64,000 bases of DNA from Eubacteriales bacterium (GCA_051867875.1 JBJDZG010000001.1:17284-81283); one strand, 5' to 3'. Counted from the first letter of the stretch, positions 48,534 to 59,352 are shown. Notes: generated from the sequence alone by a model not told the origin. Translations and numbers: made by a program.

Positions 48534-51119
48534 ATGACTCCGATGATGGAACAATACTTTGAAATAAAAAATAAATACAAGGATTTTCTTCTGTTCTACC
48601 GTCTGGGAGATTTTTACGAGATGTTCTTCGACGATGCAATACTTGCGTCGCGTGAACTTGAACTGACCTTGACGGGAAGAGATTGCGGCGAGGAAGAGAG
48701 AGCACCGATGTGCGGTGTTCCTTTTCACAGCGCGGAGTCGTACATAGGCAGACTTATTGAAAAGGGATATAAGGTCGCTATCTGTGAACAGCTCGAAGAC
48801 CCTTCGCTTGCAAAGGGGCTTGTGCGCAGGGATGTTATAAGAGTAATAACTCCCGGTACGCTTATCGAATCCGATCTGCTCAGCGAGGCGAGAAATAACT
48901 ACCTTTGTGCTATTTATTACGACGCAGAGGAAACGGGCGTCTGCTTTGCCGATGTTTCAACGGGACAGGCGTTCGCTACGTCTTTTTCGGGCAAGGAAAT
49001 GCTCTCAAAGCTCAATATAGAGCTCTCCACGTATAAGCCGAGCGAGATTATTATAAATACTCCCATAGACGCCCTTGCGGATAAGGGGCAGTTCATGAAA
49101 GAAGCCGTAACGAGCCAGATAAGCGATAACCAGTCCTTCCGCTTTGATTACAGTGCTTCCTATAACGGCGTAAGAGAAAAATTCGAGAGCGAGAGAATTG
49201 CTTGGGAAAATAAAAAGAGCGTTATCTGCGCTATCGGCGGTCTGCTTAACTACATAGCGGAAATGCAAAAGACGGACTCAACGAATATTAAGGACTTGAA
49301 GGTGTATACCACGGGTCAGTTTATGGAGATAGACGTCAACTCGCGCAGAAATCTCGAACTCTGCGAAACCATGAGAACGAAAGAGAAGAGAGGCTCTCTT
49401 CTTTGGGTGCTTGATAAAACGAAAACCGCGCCCGGTGCAAGACTTTTGCGACAGTGGGTTGAGCACCCCTTGCTCAAATCGTCCCTCATTCTCAAAAGGC
49501 AGAGCGCAGTAGAGGAGCTTTACGAAAACTATATAAAGAGACAGGAGCTTGAAACTCTGCTCTCGGGCGTTCTCGACCTTGAAAGACTTTTGACAAAGAT
49601 TATCTACGGCACCGCAAACGGCAAGGATTTGCGTGCTGTTTGTTCTACGATATCGGTATTTCCCGAGATAAAGGCACTCGTAGCCGACTGCAAGAGTGAG
49701 GAACTCAGAAAAGTTTTTGAGAATTTCGATACTCTCTCCGATATCTATAACCTCATTAATAAATCAATCTGCGAGGACGCGCCCTTCTCGGTGCGAGACG
49801 GCGGAATAATCCTTGCGGGATATAACGATGAGGTTGACCGACTCCGCTCAGTAATGACCGACGGTCATTCTTGGATAGACGAAATCACCCAGAGAGAGAG
49901 GGAACTTACGGGCATTAAAACCCTCAAAATCAACTATAATAAGGTGTTCGGATACTATATTGAGGTAACTAAATCCCTCATTTCAATGGTGCCCGACAGA
50001 TATATAAGAAAACAAACTCTCGCAAACTGCGAAAGATACATAACGCAGGAGCTCAAAGACGTTGAGGCGACAATTCTCGGTGCGGCTGACAGAGTATGCA
50101 CGCTTGAATATAACCTCTTCCAGGAGATACGCCAAAGCATCGCAAACGAGAGCGAGCGTATAAGAAAGAGCGCAAATCTTGTCGCAACTCTTGACGTTTA
50201 TAACAGCCTTGCCTCCGTTGCCGCAAAGAATAATTACATTAAACCCGAAATCGACGACAGCAGCGTTATTGACATTAAGGACGGACGGCACCCCGTCGTC
50301 GAGCAGTTCGTCAAGGACACGTATTTCGTCCCCAACGACGTTTATCTTGACACGAATGCCAACAGACTTATGCTTATAACAGGTCCCAATATGGCGGGTA
50401 AATCCACGTATATGCGTCAGGTTGCTCTTATCGTCGTAATGGCACAGATAGGCTCCTTCGTTCCCGCGAGCGATGCGAGAATAGGCATCGTAGATAAGGT
50501 CTTTACCCGTGTAGGTGCGTCCGACGACTTGGCTTCCGGTCAGTCGACCTTTATGCTTGAAATGAACGAGGTTGCGTATATTTTAAGGAACGCTACGCAG
50601 AAGAGCCTTATCATCTACGACGAGGTCGGCAGAGGAACGTCAACCTTTGACGGAATGAGCATAGCCCGTGCCATTATCGAATATACAAACGGCAAAAAGA
50701 TAGGCGCGAAAACTCTTTTTGCAACTCACTACCACGAGCTTACGTCTATGGAAGACGAATTTTCGGGTATCGTGAATTATAATATCGCCGCAAAGAAACG
50801 CGGCGACGATATCATCTTTTTAAGAAAGATAATAAGAGGTTCTACCGACGACAGCTACGGAATTGAGGTAGCAAAGCTCGCAGGACTTCCGAATGAGGTC
50901 ATAAAGCGCGCAAAAGAGATACTTTCCACCGTCGAAAAAACCTCTCGCTCGCTCACGACATCAAGCTCCAATATCAAAGAAGAGCTTGACTCCCTTATCA
51001 CCTTTGAGGACCTTACCGAACGCTCTGTAATCGATGATATAAAGAAAGTGGATATCAATTCTATGACGCCCGTTGAGGCGATGAATCTTCTGTTTGAGCT
51101 CAATAACAGACTCAAATAG
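48534..51119 (+). CDS. mutS: DNA mismatch repair protein MutS
   Basis: 861 aa from ATG 48534 (MTPMMEQYFEIK; AAGGAGAG RBS) with Walker A GPNMAGKST. Confidence 0.97.
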   Translation: MTPMMEQYFEIKNKYKDFLLFYRLGDFYEMFFDDAILASRELELTLTGRDCGEEERAPMCGVPFHSAESYIGRLIEKGYKVAICEQLEDPSLAKGLVRRDVIRVITPGTLIESDLLSEARNNYLCAIYYDAEETGVCFADVSTGQAFATSFSGKEMLSKLNIELSTYKPSEIIINTPIDALADKGQFMKEAVTSQISDNQSFRFDYSASYNGVREKFESERIAWENKKSVICAIGGLLNYIAEMQKTDSTNIKDLKVYTTGQFMEIDVNSRRNLELCETMRTKEKRGSLLWVLDKTKTAPGARLLRQWVEHPLLKSSLILKRQSAVEELYENYIKRQELETLLSGVLDLERLLTKIIYGTANGKDLRAVCSTISVFPEIKALVADCKSEELRKVFENFDTLSDIYNLINKSICEDAPFSVRDGGIILAGYNDEVDRLRSVMTDGHSWIDEITQRERELTGIKTLKINYNKVFGYYIEVTKSLISMVPDRYIRKQTLANCERYITQELKDVEATILGAADRVCTLEYNLFQEIRQSIANESERIRKSANLVATLDVYNSLASVAAKNNYIKPEIDDSSVIDIKDGRHPVVEQFVKDTYFVPNDVYLDTNANRLMLITGPNMAGKSTYMRQVALIVVMAQIGSFVPASDARIGIVDKVFTRVGASDDLASGQSTFMLEMNEVAYILRNATQKSLIIYDEVGRGTSTFDGMSIARAIIEYTNGKKIGAKTLFATHYHELTSMEDEFSGIVNYNIAAKKRGDDIIFLRKIIRGSTDDSYGIEVAKLAGLPNEVIKRAKEILSTVEKTSRSLTTSSSNIKEELDSLITFEDLTERSVIDDIKKVDINSMTPVEAMNLLFELNNRLK

Positions 51120-51133
51120 GGAAAGGAGAACAA

Positions 51134-53260
51134 ATGGGAAAAATCAATGTGCTTTCCTTCGCCGTTGCGAATCTGATTGCCGCAGGCGAGGTAGTCGACA
51201 GACCTTCATCGGTAATAAAGGAGCTCGTCGAAAATTCCATAGACTCAGGAGCAGAGCAAATTACCGTTGAAATAAAGAACGGCGGAATTACGTATATGCG
51301 TGTTTCCGATGACGGCTGCGGAATAGAGGCAGATGACCTGCCCATCGCCATAAAGCGACACGCTACAAGTAAGATAAAGACCTCGGATGACCTTATGAAG
51401 ATACTCACACTCGGTTTCAGAGGAGAGGCATTGGCGGCTATCGCATCGGTGTCCGATTTGAGAATAATCTCAAAAACCGCGGACGCACAGTATGGTGCTA
51501 TGATTGAAGCGCACGGCGGTGAGATAACCGAATACAGCGAGCAAGCGTCCCGAAAGGGTACTACTGTAATAGTTGAAAACCTTTTTGCAAACATTCCCGC
51601 AAGGAGAAAGTTCTTAAAGCGCGACGTAACCGAGGCGAGCGCTATCGCCACCGTTATTGAAAAGTTGGCATTTTCCCACCCCGAAATCTCTTTCAGATTC
51701 ATTTCGGACGGTACGTTGAAACTCGATACACCGGGTGACGGAAAGCTTGAAAACGTCATCTATACCGTCATGGGAAAACAGATGCAGAACGCCATGATAT
51801 ACGTTTCCTCGGAGATAAACGACATAAAGGTAGAGGGCTATATCGGCAGAAGCGACGTTGTAAAGTCAAACAGGAATTATCAGAATTTCTTTATCAATAA
51901 CCGCTTTATAAAGAGCAAGCTTGCCATGTCGGCAATAGAGCAGGCGTATACTTCGTATCTTCCGCCCGAGAAATTTCCCGTTTGCGTGCTCAATTTGACA
52001 ATCAATCCGAGCGTCGTGGATATAAATGTTCACCCGACAAAGCTCGAGGTTAAGTTTGCAAATGAAAAGCCCGTTTTCGAGGCTATATATCACACCGTAA
52101 AATCTGCTCTGGAGGAGAATACGACACGTCCCGAAATTCTTATAGCTCCCCCCAAGCCCAAATTCAGCTATGAAAGAATGAGCGCAGAGCAGTACAGAAG
52201 TATTGCAGACGCACGCCCTGTCTCCGAGGCTTTTGCTCCGATTGTAAACTCCAAAAGAGAGGAAAAGGCGGAGCAGATTAAATATACCGAAACTCTGATA
52301 TCCGATATTGCAAAGGATAGTGGCAAAAAAGACGCTTTCACGTCGTCCCCCACCGTAAAGGCAGAGAAATTTGATAGCATAATTCCCGAAGATGTGCTCC
52401 CTGAAAATGTACTTTCCGAAAATCCCGTTCCCGAGAGCGAAATCCCCGCGGAAATGGTCGAATTGCATGAAAGAGCCGAAAAGATGACCGACGAAGAGTT
52501 TAAGAAACTTCCCGCAAGCGAAATTCTTAAAATAGCGGTTATGTATAACACCTACTATCCCGACAATTCGCCCGTACTTTTTGATACCGAGGACGAAGAG
52601 GATTGGGATGCTGCTCTGGAAATGCTCTATAAAGAGATTGAGGAACGAAAAGCAACAGAAAATTCTGAAAAAACAGCAATAATAAATTACAGAATTGTGG
52701 GAGAGGTGTTCAATTCCTATGTATTGGTTGAGCGTGACGATAAGCTTCTCATAATCGATAAGCACGCCGCTCACGAAAGAATCATCTTTGAGAAAAACAA
52801 AAAGATGATGAAAGAAAAGGAGCCCGCATCGCAAATTCTCATCTCTCCGCTTGAAATAATGCTCACCTCTGCCGAGATAGCTGTGGTAAACGATTATCTC
52901 CGAGAGTTTGAGAAGCTCGGTTTTAAGCTCGGGGTTAGAAAATACAGTATTTTAGTGTATTCCATTCCGACAGAGCTTGCGTCTTGCGACACACAGGACA
53001 CAATATCCACTATGATAAACCGCATAAAAGACGGACTCGGTGACGCAAAGCTCACAAGGGATATACTTTTTGAAAAAGCACTTTATCAAGCCTCGTGCAA
53101 GGCGGCGATAAAGGCGGGCAGAGAATATGTCGAAGCGCATACCGACTGGATAGTCGAACAGCTTATGAAGATACCCGACATAACCTTCTGTCCCCACGGG
53201 CGTCCCGTTGCCATGGAACTGAGCAAGAGAAATCTTGACCATCAATTTGAGAGGTCATAA
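51134..53260 (+). CDS. mutL: DNA mismatch repair protein MutL
   Basis: 708 aa with a GHKL ATPase N-terminus (IAAGEVVDRPSSVIKELVENSIDSGA), a long acidic linker and a C-terminal dimerisation/endonuclease domain. Confidence 0.96.
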   Translation: MGKINVLSFAVANLIAAGEVVDRPSSVIKELVENSIDSGAEQITVEIKNGGITYMRVSDDGCGIEADDLPIAIKRHATSKIKTSDDLMKILTLGFRGEALAAIASVSDLRIISKTADAQYGAMIEAHGGEITEYSEQASRKGTTVIVENLFANIPARRKFLKRDVTEASAIATVIEKLAFSHPEISFRFISDGTLKLDTPGDGKLENVIYTVMGKQMQNAMIYVSSEINDIKVEGYIGRSDVVKSNRNYQNFFINNRFIKSKLAMSAIEQAYTSYLPPEKFPVCVLNLTINPSVVDINVHPTKLEVKFANEKPVFEAIYHTVKSALEENTTRPEILIAPPKPKFSYERMSAEQYRSIADARPVSEAFAPIVNSKREEKAEQIKYTETLISDIAKDSGKKDAFTSSPTVKAEKFDSIIPEDVLPENVLSENPVPESEIPAEMVELHERAEKMTDEEFKKLPASEILKIAVMYNTYYPDNSPVLFDTEDEEDWDAALEMLYKEIEERKATENSEKTAIINYRIVGEVFNSYVLVERDDKLLIIDKHAAHERIIFEKNKKMMKEKEPASQILISPLEIMLTSAEIAVVNDYLREFEKLGFKLGVRKYSILVYSIPTELASCDTQDTISTMINRIKDGLGDAKLTRDILFEKALYQASCKAAIKAGREYVEAHTDWIVEQLMKIPDITFCPHGRPVAMELSKRNLDHQFERS

Positions 53261-53280
53261 TGCACCTGAAAGGATAAATA

Positions 53281-54426
53281 ATGAGTAAAAATTTTGAACT
53301 GATAAAAACAGAGGGGCGCGCAAGACGCGGAGTTCTGCACACCGTTCACGGCGATATACAAACGCCTGTTTTTATGAACGTCGGTACCAGTGCCGCTATC
53401 AAGGGCGGTGTTTCAACTATGGATTTGCGTGAACTGAAATGTCAGGTTGAGCTTTCCAATACGTATCACCTTCATGTAAGACCGGGCGATAAGCTTATTC
53501 ACGATATGGGGGGTATCCATAAGTTCTTTAACTGGGATAAACCCGTGCTGACCGACAGTGGCGGATTTCAGGTCTTTTCCTTGGCACCTCTGCGTAAGAT
53601 AACCGAGGAAGGCGTGCATTTCGCTTCCCATATCGACGGAAAAAGAATATTTATGGGCCCGGAGGAGAGTATGCAGATACAGTCCAACCTCGCATCCACT
53701 ATCGCCATGGCGTTCGATGAATGTATAGAAAACCCCGCAGAATATAAGTACACGAAGGATTCTTGCGACAGGACCGTTCGCTGGCTCAAAAGATGCAAGG
53801 CGGAAATGGAAAGGCTCAATTCCTTACCCGATACCATAAATAAAAATCAGATGCTCTTCGGCATAAATCAGGGAAGCACATACGACGACCTGCGAATAAA
53901 GCATATGCAGGAAATAGCGGAGCTTGACCTCGACGGATATGCAATAGGCGGCCTTGCCGTCGGCGAATCCACAGAGGAAATGTACAGAATAATCGAAGTC
54001 GTAGAGCCCTACATGCCCGCCGATAAGCCGAGATACCTCATGGGAGTAGGCACACCCTGCAATATTCTCGAAGCGGTTCACAGAGGAGTAGATTTCTTCG
54101 ACTGTGTAATGCCATCGAGAAACGCGCGCCACGGAAATCTCTTCACGTGGCACGGCAAAATGAACGTTATGAACGAGCAGTACGCAAAGGACCCACGTCC
54201 CTTTGACGAGGGCTGCGGCTGTCCTGCGTGCCGTAACTATTCAAGAGCTTATATAAGACACCTTATTAAAGCAAAGGAAGCACTCGGTATGCGTCTTGCC
54301 GTACTTCACAATCTCTATTTCTATAACGAGTTTACCGAGAAGATAAGAGAGGCACTCGACGGCGGATATTTTGAGGAATTTTATCAAAAATACCGCAATA
54401 TTCTCGGTGAAAGGCTCCACGATTAA
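53281..54426 (+). CDS. tgt: Queuine tRNA-ribosyltransferase (tRNA-guanine transglycosylase)
   Basis: 381 aa with TGT motifs (TDSGGFQVFS, GLAVGE) and the zinc site CGCPACRNYSRAYIRH. Confidence 0.96.
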   Translation: MSKNFELIKTEGRARRGVLHTVHGDIQTPVFMNVGTSAAIKGGVSTMDLRELKCQVELSNTYHLHVRPGDKLIHDMGGIHKFFNWDKPVLTDSGGFQVFSLAPLRKITEEGVHFASHIDGKRIFMGPEESMQIQSNLASTIAMAFDECIENPAEYKYTKDSCDRTVRWLKRCKAEMERLNSLPDTINKNQMLFGINQGSTYDDLRIKHMQEIAELDLDGYAIGGLAVGESTEEMYRIIEVVEPYMPADKPRYLMGVGTPCNILEAVHRGVDFFDCVMPSRNARHGNLFTWHGKMNVMNEQYAKDPRPFDEGCGCPACRNYSRAYIRHLIKAKEALGMRLAVLHNLYFYNEFTEKIREALDGGYFEEFYQKYRNILGERLHD

Positions 54427-54448
54427 CCTCAATAAATATTGAGGTTAA
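54423..54448 (+). terminator. Hairpin after tgt (no U-tract)
   Basis: 10-bp A/T-rich stem ttaacctcaa/ttgaggttaa with loop taaata; weak. Confidence 0.35.
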
Positions 54449-54464
54449 AATAGGGAAATGTATA

Positions 54465-54493
54465 TTGAATTTTCCCGATTTTTATTGTATAAT
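54465..54493 (+). promoter_or_regulatory. Sigma-A-type promoter for the LCP-like gene
   Basis: TTGAAT, 17-nt spacer, TATAAT. Confidence 0.55.
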
Positions 54494-54518
54494 GTTAATG
54501 TTTTGAAAGGAATCGCTT

Positions 54519-55322
54519 ATGAAAATCAAATTAAATTTGTTTTTTAGGTCATTTTTTCTTTCATTTGTGATATTTGCTCTGGTTTCGGGTATCATTATGA
54601 CGAAGCTATATATCGACGTCGTTGCCATTGATCCCGCCAATAAGGAATCAAACGTTTTGGTGGGCGTAACCAACGGCGACAAGGTCATATCCCTTGCCGT
54701 TCTTAATCTTGACCCCGAGGGCAATTGCATCAGCTTTTTACCCATTCCCGATAACACACTCATATCAAACGGCAAGGTATTGCAATCACTCTATGAAAAT
54801 AACGGTATTTCCAATATCAAAAACGCGATAGAGGGACTTATCGGAACTACAATAGACAGATATATTCTCTTTTCAACGAGAGCCATTTCGGCTCTTACCG
54901 ACAGCGTCGGAATAGTCAACTGTTACATATATAATCCTTTTTTGTATAACGGAATGTACTACTCCGGACAGCGTTCAATGAACGGCGAGCTTGCCGAAGC
55001 TATGTTTACCTACGACGGATACGATATGACCAAAGTATCGCTCTCCGAAATAGGCAGGTCCTATATGGAAGGCTTCCTTTCGGACCACGCGAAGCCCCAA
55101 ACGGTTTCGGGAATAGCGAGCACCGTAAATTCGGAGTCGTTCAGAAAGCTTATCGATACGGATTTGTCAGGAAAAGAGGTTTTGGCATACTGCGACTTCC
55201 TTGCAAAATATGAGCTCCTCTCACATAAATTCATAGAGCTCCCAGGATACAGTACCACGGCTTCTTCAAGCATTTATTTCACCCCCGATAACACTAATTC
55301 GACCCAAAATATTTTTGAATAA
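54519..55322 (+). CDS. Membrane-anchored LytR-CpsA-Psr (LCP)-like protein, apparently degenerate
   Basis: 267 aa with an N-terminal TM helix. NVLVGV...ISLAVLNLDPEGNCISFLPIPDNT...IKNAIEGLIGTTIDRYILFS...LTDSVG follows the LCP domain order, but the conserved Arg positions seem substituted. Assignment is from memory only. Confidence 0.45.
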   Translation: MKIKLNLFFRSFFLSFVIFALVSGIIMTKLYIDVVAIDPANKESNVLVGVTNGDKVISLAVLNLDPEGNCISFLPIPDNTLISNGKVLQSLYENNGISNIKNAIEGLIGTTIDRYILFSTRAISALTDSVGIVNCYIYNPFLYNGMYYSGQRSMNGELAEAMFTYDGYDMTKVSLSEIGRSYMEGFLSDHAKPQTVSGIASTVNSESFRKLIDTDLSGKEVLAYCDFLAKYELLSHKFIELPGYSTTASSSIYFTPDNTNSTQNIFE

Positions 55323-55364
55323 ACAAATCTTTATAACAGCCAGTTATAAGAAAGAGGTATTAAA

Positions 55365-56768
55365 ATGAAAAACACAGAAAAAACAATGGACAAGGTAGTT
55401 GCCTTGTGCAAAAACAGAGGCTTTATTTTCCCCGGCTCCGAGATTTACGGCGGACTTGCAAACACTTGGGACTACGGCCCTTTGGGTGTTGAGCTCAAAA
55501 ACAATATCAAAAGAGCTTGGTGGAAAAAATTCGTTCAGGAGAACAAGTACAACGTAGGTCTTGACGCGGCAATTCTTATGAATCCTCAAACTTGGGTGGC
55601 ATCCGGTCACCTTGCAGGTTTCTCCGATCCCATGATGGACTGCCGTGAGTGCCACGAAAGATTCCGTGCCGACAAGCTTATTGAGGACTGGTGTGCCGAA
55701 ACGGGCTACGCTCTTGAAAAGCCCATTGACGCTTTCTCTCAGGCAGAGCTCAAAGCGTTCGTTGACGAGCACGATATTCCTTGTCCCACTTGTAAAAAGC
55801 ATAACTTTACGGATATCCGTCAGTTCAACCTTATGTTTAAGACATTCCAGGGCGTAACCGAGGATTCCAAAAACACGGTTTATCTCCGTCCCGAAACTGC
55901 TCAGGGTATTTTTACGAATTTCATAAACGTGCAGAGAACAACCCGTAAAAAGCTCCCCTTCGGTATTGGTCAGATAGGTAAATCCTTCCGAAACGAGATA
56001 ACTCCCGGTAACTTCATCTTCCGCGTTCGTGAATTTGAGCAGATGGAGCTTGAATTTTTCTGCAAGCCCGGCACTGACCTTGAATGGTTTGCATATTGGA
56101 GAAACTTCTGCCATCAGTGGCTTCTCGATATCGGTCTTAAAGACGAAAATCTTCGCCTTCGCGACCACGCCCCCGAAGAGCTTTGCTTCTATTCAAAGGC
56201 TACAACCGACTTTGAATTTTTGTTCCCGTTCGGCTGGGGCGAGCTTTGGGGCGTAGCAGACCGCACCGATTACGACCTCACTCAGCATCAGAACGAGTCC
56301 AAGAAGGACCTCACGTATTTCGACCCCGAAACGAATGAGAGATACGTTCCTTACGTTATCGAGCCCTCGCTCGGTGTTGAAAGAAGCGTTCTCGCAGTGC
56401 TTTGCGACGCTTACGATGAGGAAGTTATTGATGAGGCAAAGAACGACGTAAGAACAGTGCTTCGCATTCACCCCGCACTCGCGCCTATTAAGGCGGCTGT
56501 TCTTCCTCTTTCAAAGAAGCTTTCCGATAAGGCTGACGAGATTTACCGCGAGCTTTCCAAGTACTTCAATGTAGATTTCGACGAAACGGGCTCTATCGGT
56601 AAGAGATACAGACGTCAGGACGAGGTAGGTACACCTCTTTGCATTACCTACGACTTTGAGTCTGAAACAGACGGCTGCGTAACCGTACGCGACAGAGATA
56701 CCATGGAGCAGGTAAGACTGCCCATTTCCGAACTCAAATCCTATATCGAAAATAAGATTGCGTTCTGA
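55365..56768 (+). CDS. glyQS: Glycine--tRNA ligase (homodimeric GlyQS type)
   Basis: 467 aa; class II motifs and an anticodon-binding domain; begins [24 protein letters not shown]. Confidence 0.96.
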   Translation: MKNTEKTMDKVVALCKNRGFIFPGSEIYGGLANTWDYGPLGVELKNNIKRAWWKKFVQENKYNVGLDAAILMNPQTWVASGHLAGFSDPMMDCRECHERFRADKLIEDWCAETGYALEKPIDAFSQAELKAFVDEHDIPCPTCKKHNFTDIRQFNLMFKTFQGVTEDSKNTVYLRPETAQGIFTNFINVQRTTRKKLPFGIGQIGKSFRNEITPGNFIFRVREFEQMELEFFCKPGTDLEWFAYWRNFCHQWLLDIGLKDENLRLRDHAPEELCFYSKATTDFEFLFPFGWGELWGVADRTDYDLTQHQNESKKDLTYFDPETNERYVPYVIEPSLGVERSVLAVLCDAYDEEVIDEAKNDVRTVLRIHPALAPIKAAVLPLSKKLSDKADEIYRELSKYFNVDFDETGSIGKRYRRQDEVGTPLCITYDFESETDGCVTVRDRDTMEQVRLPISELKSYIENKIAF

Positions 56769-56794
56769 ATTTTATTAAATATGGAGATAAGATA

Positions 56795-58507
56795 ATGGCT
56801 AATAAAAACTATCCTTTGTACGAAACCACGGTATTTGAAGACTTCAGAGTAATGACTGAAAACGTGGCTAACAAATATCCGGACCGCATCGCGTATTCTT
56901 TTAAGGAAGACCCTCACAGCAAGGAAGTAACTAAAAAGACCTTTGCAGAAACGAGAGAATATATCGTTGCCATGGGTACTGGACTTGTTGCCGAGGGCGT
57001 CAGAGAAAGGCATATCGCCATCGTCGGCGAGAGCTCTTATAATTGGGTAACGTCATACTATGCAACAATGTCAATAGGTGCTGTAACCGTTCCGATTGAT
57101 AAGGAGCTTCCCGCAGACGACATAAAAAGTATTATTGAAACTGCGGAGTGCGATTTCGTGCTTTACAGCTCTGTAATCGATACGAAGATTCAGAAAATCC
57201 GTGAAGAACTTTCAATTCAGCCCGTGTTTATCTGCATGAGCGCTGCGACTAACCTCGAAGACGTCCTTATGCTTGAAGATATCGTAATCAACGGACAGAA
57301 GCTCATCGAGGATGGGGATAACTCATACTACGACTACGAGCTTGACCCCGATAAGCTTGCGAGCATCGTGTTTACGTCGGGTACGACGGGCAAAGGTAAG
57401 GGCGTAATGCTTACACAGACGAATATCGTTTCCGATATGACTCAGGGTATGTACAATTTCAAAATTACGGATAAAACTCTCAACGTATTGCCGCCTCATC
57501 ACACGTTCGGCTCAACGGTAAACTTTGTCGGACACTACGCACAGGGCGCTGAGGTTTATATTTCCAACGGTCTCAAATACATACTTACCGAGCTTAAAGA
57601 GCAACAGCCCACCCACCTTATTCTCGTGCCCCTCTTCGTAGAAACCTTCTATAAGAGAATTTGGGCAACTGCTGAAAAACAGGGCAAGGATAAGATGCTC
57701 AGAGCTCTTATCAAGGTAAGTAACGGTATGAGAAAGGTCGGTATCGACGCAAGACGCAAGCTTTTTTCGAGCGTTACGAGCGCATTCGGCGGCAAGCTTG
57801 AAATGATTATCTGCGGCGGCGCTGCACTTAATCAGGATATTATTGATACCTTTGAGGGTATCGGTATCACAATTCTCAACGTCTACGGCATTACTGAATG
57901 CTCACCCCTTATCTCCTGCAACAGAAATGAGTACAGAAAGAAGGGAAGCGTAGGTATCCCGATTATCGGCGAGCAGGTCAAGATTAAAGACCCCGACGAA
58001 AACGGTGAGGGCGAAATATGCGTTAAAGGTCCTAACGTAATGATAGGCTACTATAAGAATCCCGAAGCAACGGCAGCCGCTTTTGACGAAGAAGGCTACT
58101 TTAAGACGGGCGACTACGGTAAGCTCGACGAAGAGGGTTGGATTTATATTACGGGCAGACTTAAAAACCTCATTATTCTTTCCAACGGTAAAAACGTATA
58201 TCCCGAAGAAATTGAAACCGAGATTTCCCGTATTTACGGCGTAAACGAGGTTATCGTATACGAGGGACTCAATGCGGACGGTTCAGGCAAGGACTGCATA
58301 GTTGCCGAGATTTACCCCGATTTTGACGCACTCAAGAGCCACGGTATTGAGGACGCTCAAAAATACTTCAAAGAGAACGTTCAGAAGATTAATCAGAACT
58401 CCGCTCCTTATAAGAAAGTATCGATTGTCAAGATTAGAAACGAAGAGTTTGAAAAGAACACCTCAAAGAAGATTGTCAGATTTAAGATTAACAGAGTAGT
58501 TGAATAA
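56795..58507 (+). CDS. Long-chain-fatty-acid--CoA ligase (AMP-binding enzyme family)
   Basis: 570 aa with the AMP-binding signature FTSGTTGKGKGV, plus YGITE and GDYGKLDEEGWIYITGRLK. Confidence 0.88.
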   Translation: MANKNYPLYETTVFEDFRVMTENVANKYPDRIAYSFKEDPHSKEVTKKTFAETREYIVAMGTGLVAEGVRERHIAIVGESSYNWVTSYYATMSIGAVTVPIDKELPADDIKSIIETAECDFVLYSSVIDTKIQKIREELSIQPVFICMSAATNLEDVLMLEDIVINGQKLIEDGDNSYYDYELDPDKLASIVFTSGTTGKGKGVMLTQTNIVSDMTQGMYNFKITDKTLNVLPPHHTFGSTVNFVGHYAQGAEVYISNGLKYILTELKEQQPTHLILVPLFVETFYKRIWATAEKQGKDKMLRALIKVSNGMRKVGIDARRKLFSSVTSAFGGKLEMIICGGAALNQDIIDTFEGIGITILNVYGITECSPLISCNRNEYRKKGSVGIPIIGEQVKIKDPDENGEGEICVKGPNVMIGYYKNPEATAAAFDEEGYFKTGDYGKLDEEGWIYITGRLKNLIILSNGKNVYPEEIETEISRIYGVNEVIVYEGLNADGSGKDCIVAEIYPDFDALKSHGIEDAQKYFKENVQKINQNSAPYKKVSIVKIRNEEFEKNTSKKIVRFKINRVVE

Positions 58508-58513
58508 AATATA

Positions 58514-58541
58514 AAACCTGCAAGTGCACTTGCAGGTTTTA
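58514..58541. terminator. Bidirectional rho-independent terminator (acyl-CoA ligase / ASCH gene)
   Basis: 12-bp stem aaaacctgcaag/cttgcaggtttt with loop tgca. Confidence 0.85.
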
Positions 58542-58544
58542 TGT

Positions 58545-58883
58545 TTATTGTGCGGGCTTTATTCGGATAGCCAAAGCTCCGTATTTTTCAATTTTTTCGG
58601 GCGGATAATACTCATACATATCCGCAGGGTCCGCGTTTTCCTCGGGCAAATAACCGATTTCCGTCTTGTCGTAATGCTTGTAAAGCTCGTAAAAATCTTT
58701 GTAAACTTTAATCTCCGTAACGGTAACGCAAAACTCCTCGCCCGTTTCCGTATGCGAAAAAATAATGGTATCGCTGACCTTTATGTATTTTCTTCTCTCG
58801 TCGTTAAGCCTCATTTCAACGGACTTTTTGCCCGATTTGATAAACTCAAACGGCGAGGGGTGCAAATTCATTCTGTATACCAT
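58545..58883 (-). CDS. ASCH-domain protein
   Basis: About 112 aa; FEFIKSGKKSVEMRLNDERR...DTIIF is an ASCH beta-barrel pattern. Start is ATG 58883 (1 nt after the rnhA stop) or ATG 58871. Confidence 0.7.
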   Translation of the reverse strand: MVYRMNLHPSPFEFIKSGKKSVEMRLNDERRKYIKVSDTIIFSHTETGEEFCVTVTEIKVYKDFYELYKHYDKTEIGYLPEENADPADMYEYYPPEKIEKYGALAIRIKPAQ

Positions 58884-58884
58884 A

Positions 58885-59322
58885 TTATTTGAAGCTGTCG
58901 GCAAAGTCCGTTGCGAGCTTGTCGCAACGCTCGTTGTATGAGTGTCCGTTGTGTCCCTTTACCCAAACGAAGGTAACGTCGTGCTTCTCGATTAGTTCCA
59001 GCAGTTTTTCCCAAAGGTCGGGATTGAGAGCAGGGGATTTGTCAGCCTTCTTCCAGCCCTTATCTCTCCACGAATAAACCCATTTCTTCTGAATGGCGTC
59101 TATCATATATTTTGAATCCGAATAGAGTGTTACCTCACATCTCTCTTTGAGTGCGGAAAGGGCGCTGATGGCGGCGGTGAGCTCCATCCTGTTGTTCGTG
59201 GTTGAGCTCTCCCCGCCCGAAAGCTCTTTTTCCTTGCCGCCGTAGACGAGAATTGCTCCCCAACCGCCCTTTCCGGGATTTCCGCGGCAAGCACCGTCGG
59301 TATATATATCAACGTGTTTCAT
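58885..59322 (-). CDS. rnhA: Ribonuclease HI
   Basis: 145 aa with DEDD residues in context ([32 protein letters not shown]). Confidence 0.93.
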   Translation of the reverse strand: MKHVDIYTDGACRGNPGKGGWGAILVYGGKEKELSGGESSTTNNRMELTAAISALSALKERCEVTLYSDSKYMIDAIQKKWVYSWRDKGWKKADKSPALNPDLWEKLLELIEKHDVTFVWVKGHNGHSYNERCDKLATDFADSFK

Positions 59323-59352
59323 AAAAATCTCCGTTTCCTTTGAATTAATAAT

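Noticed and set aside
55323-55364. Possible T-box or riboswitch leaders upstream of glyQS, lysS, thrC and dxs
   Set aside because: The upstream gaps are only 9-42 nt for glyQS, lysS and thrC, and about 35 nt of leader for dxs. That is far too short for a T-box, lysine or TPP element, and no specifier or T-box sequence was seen.
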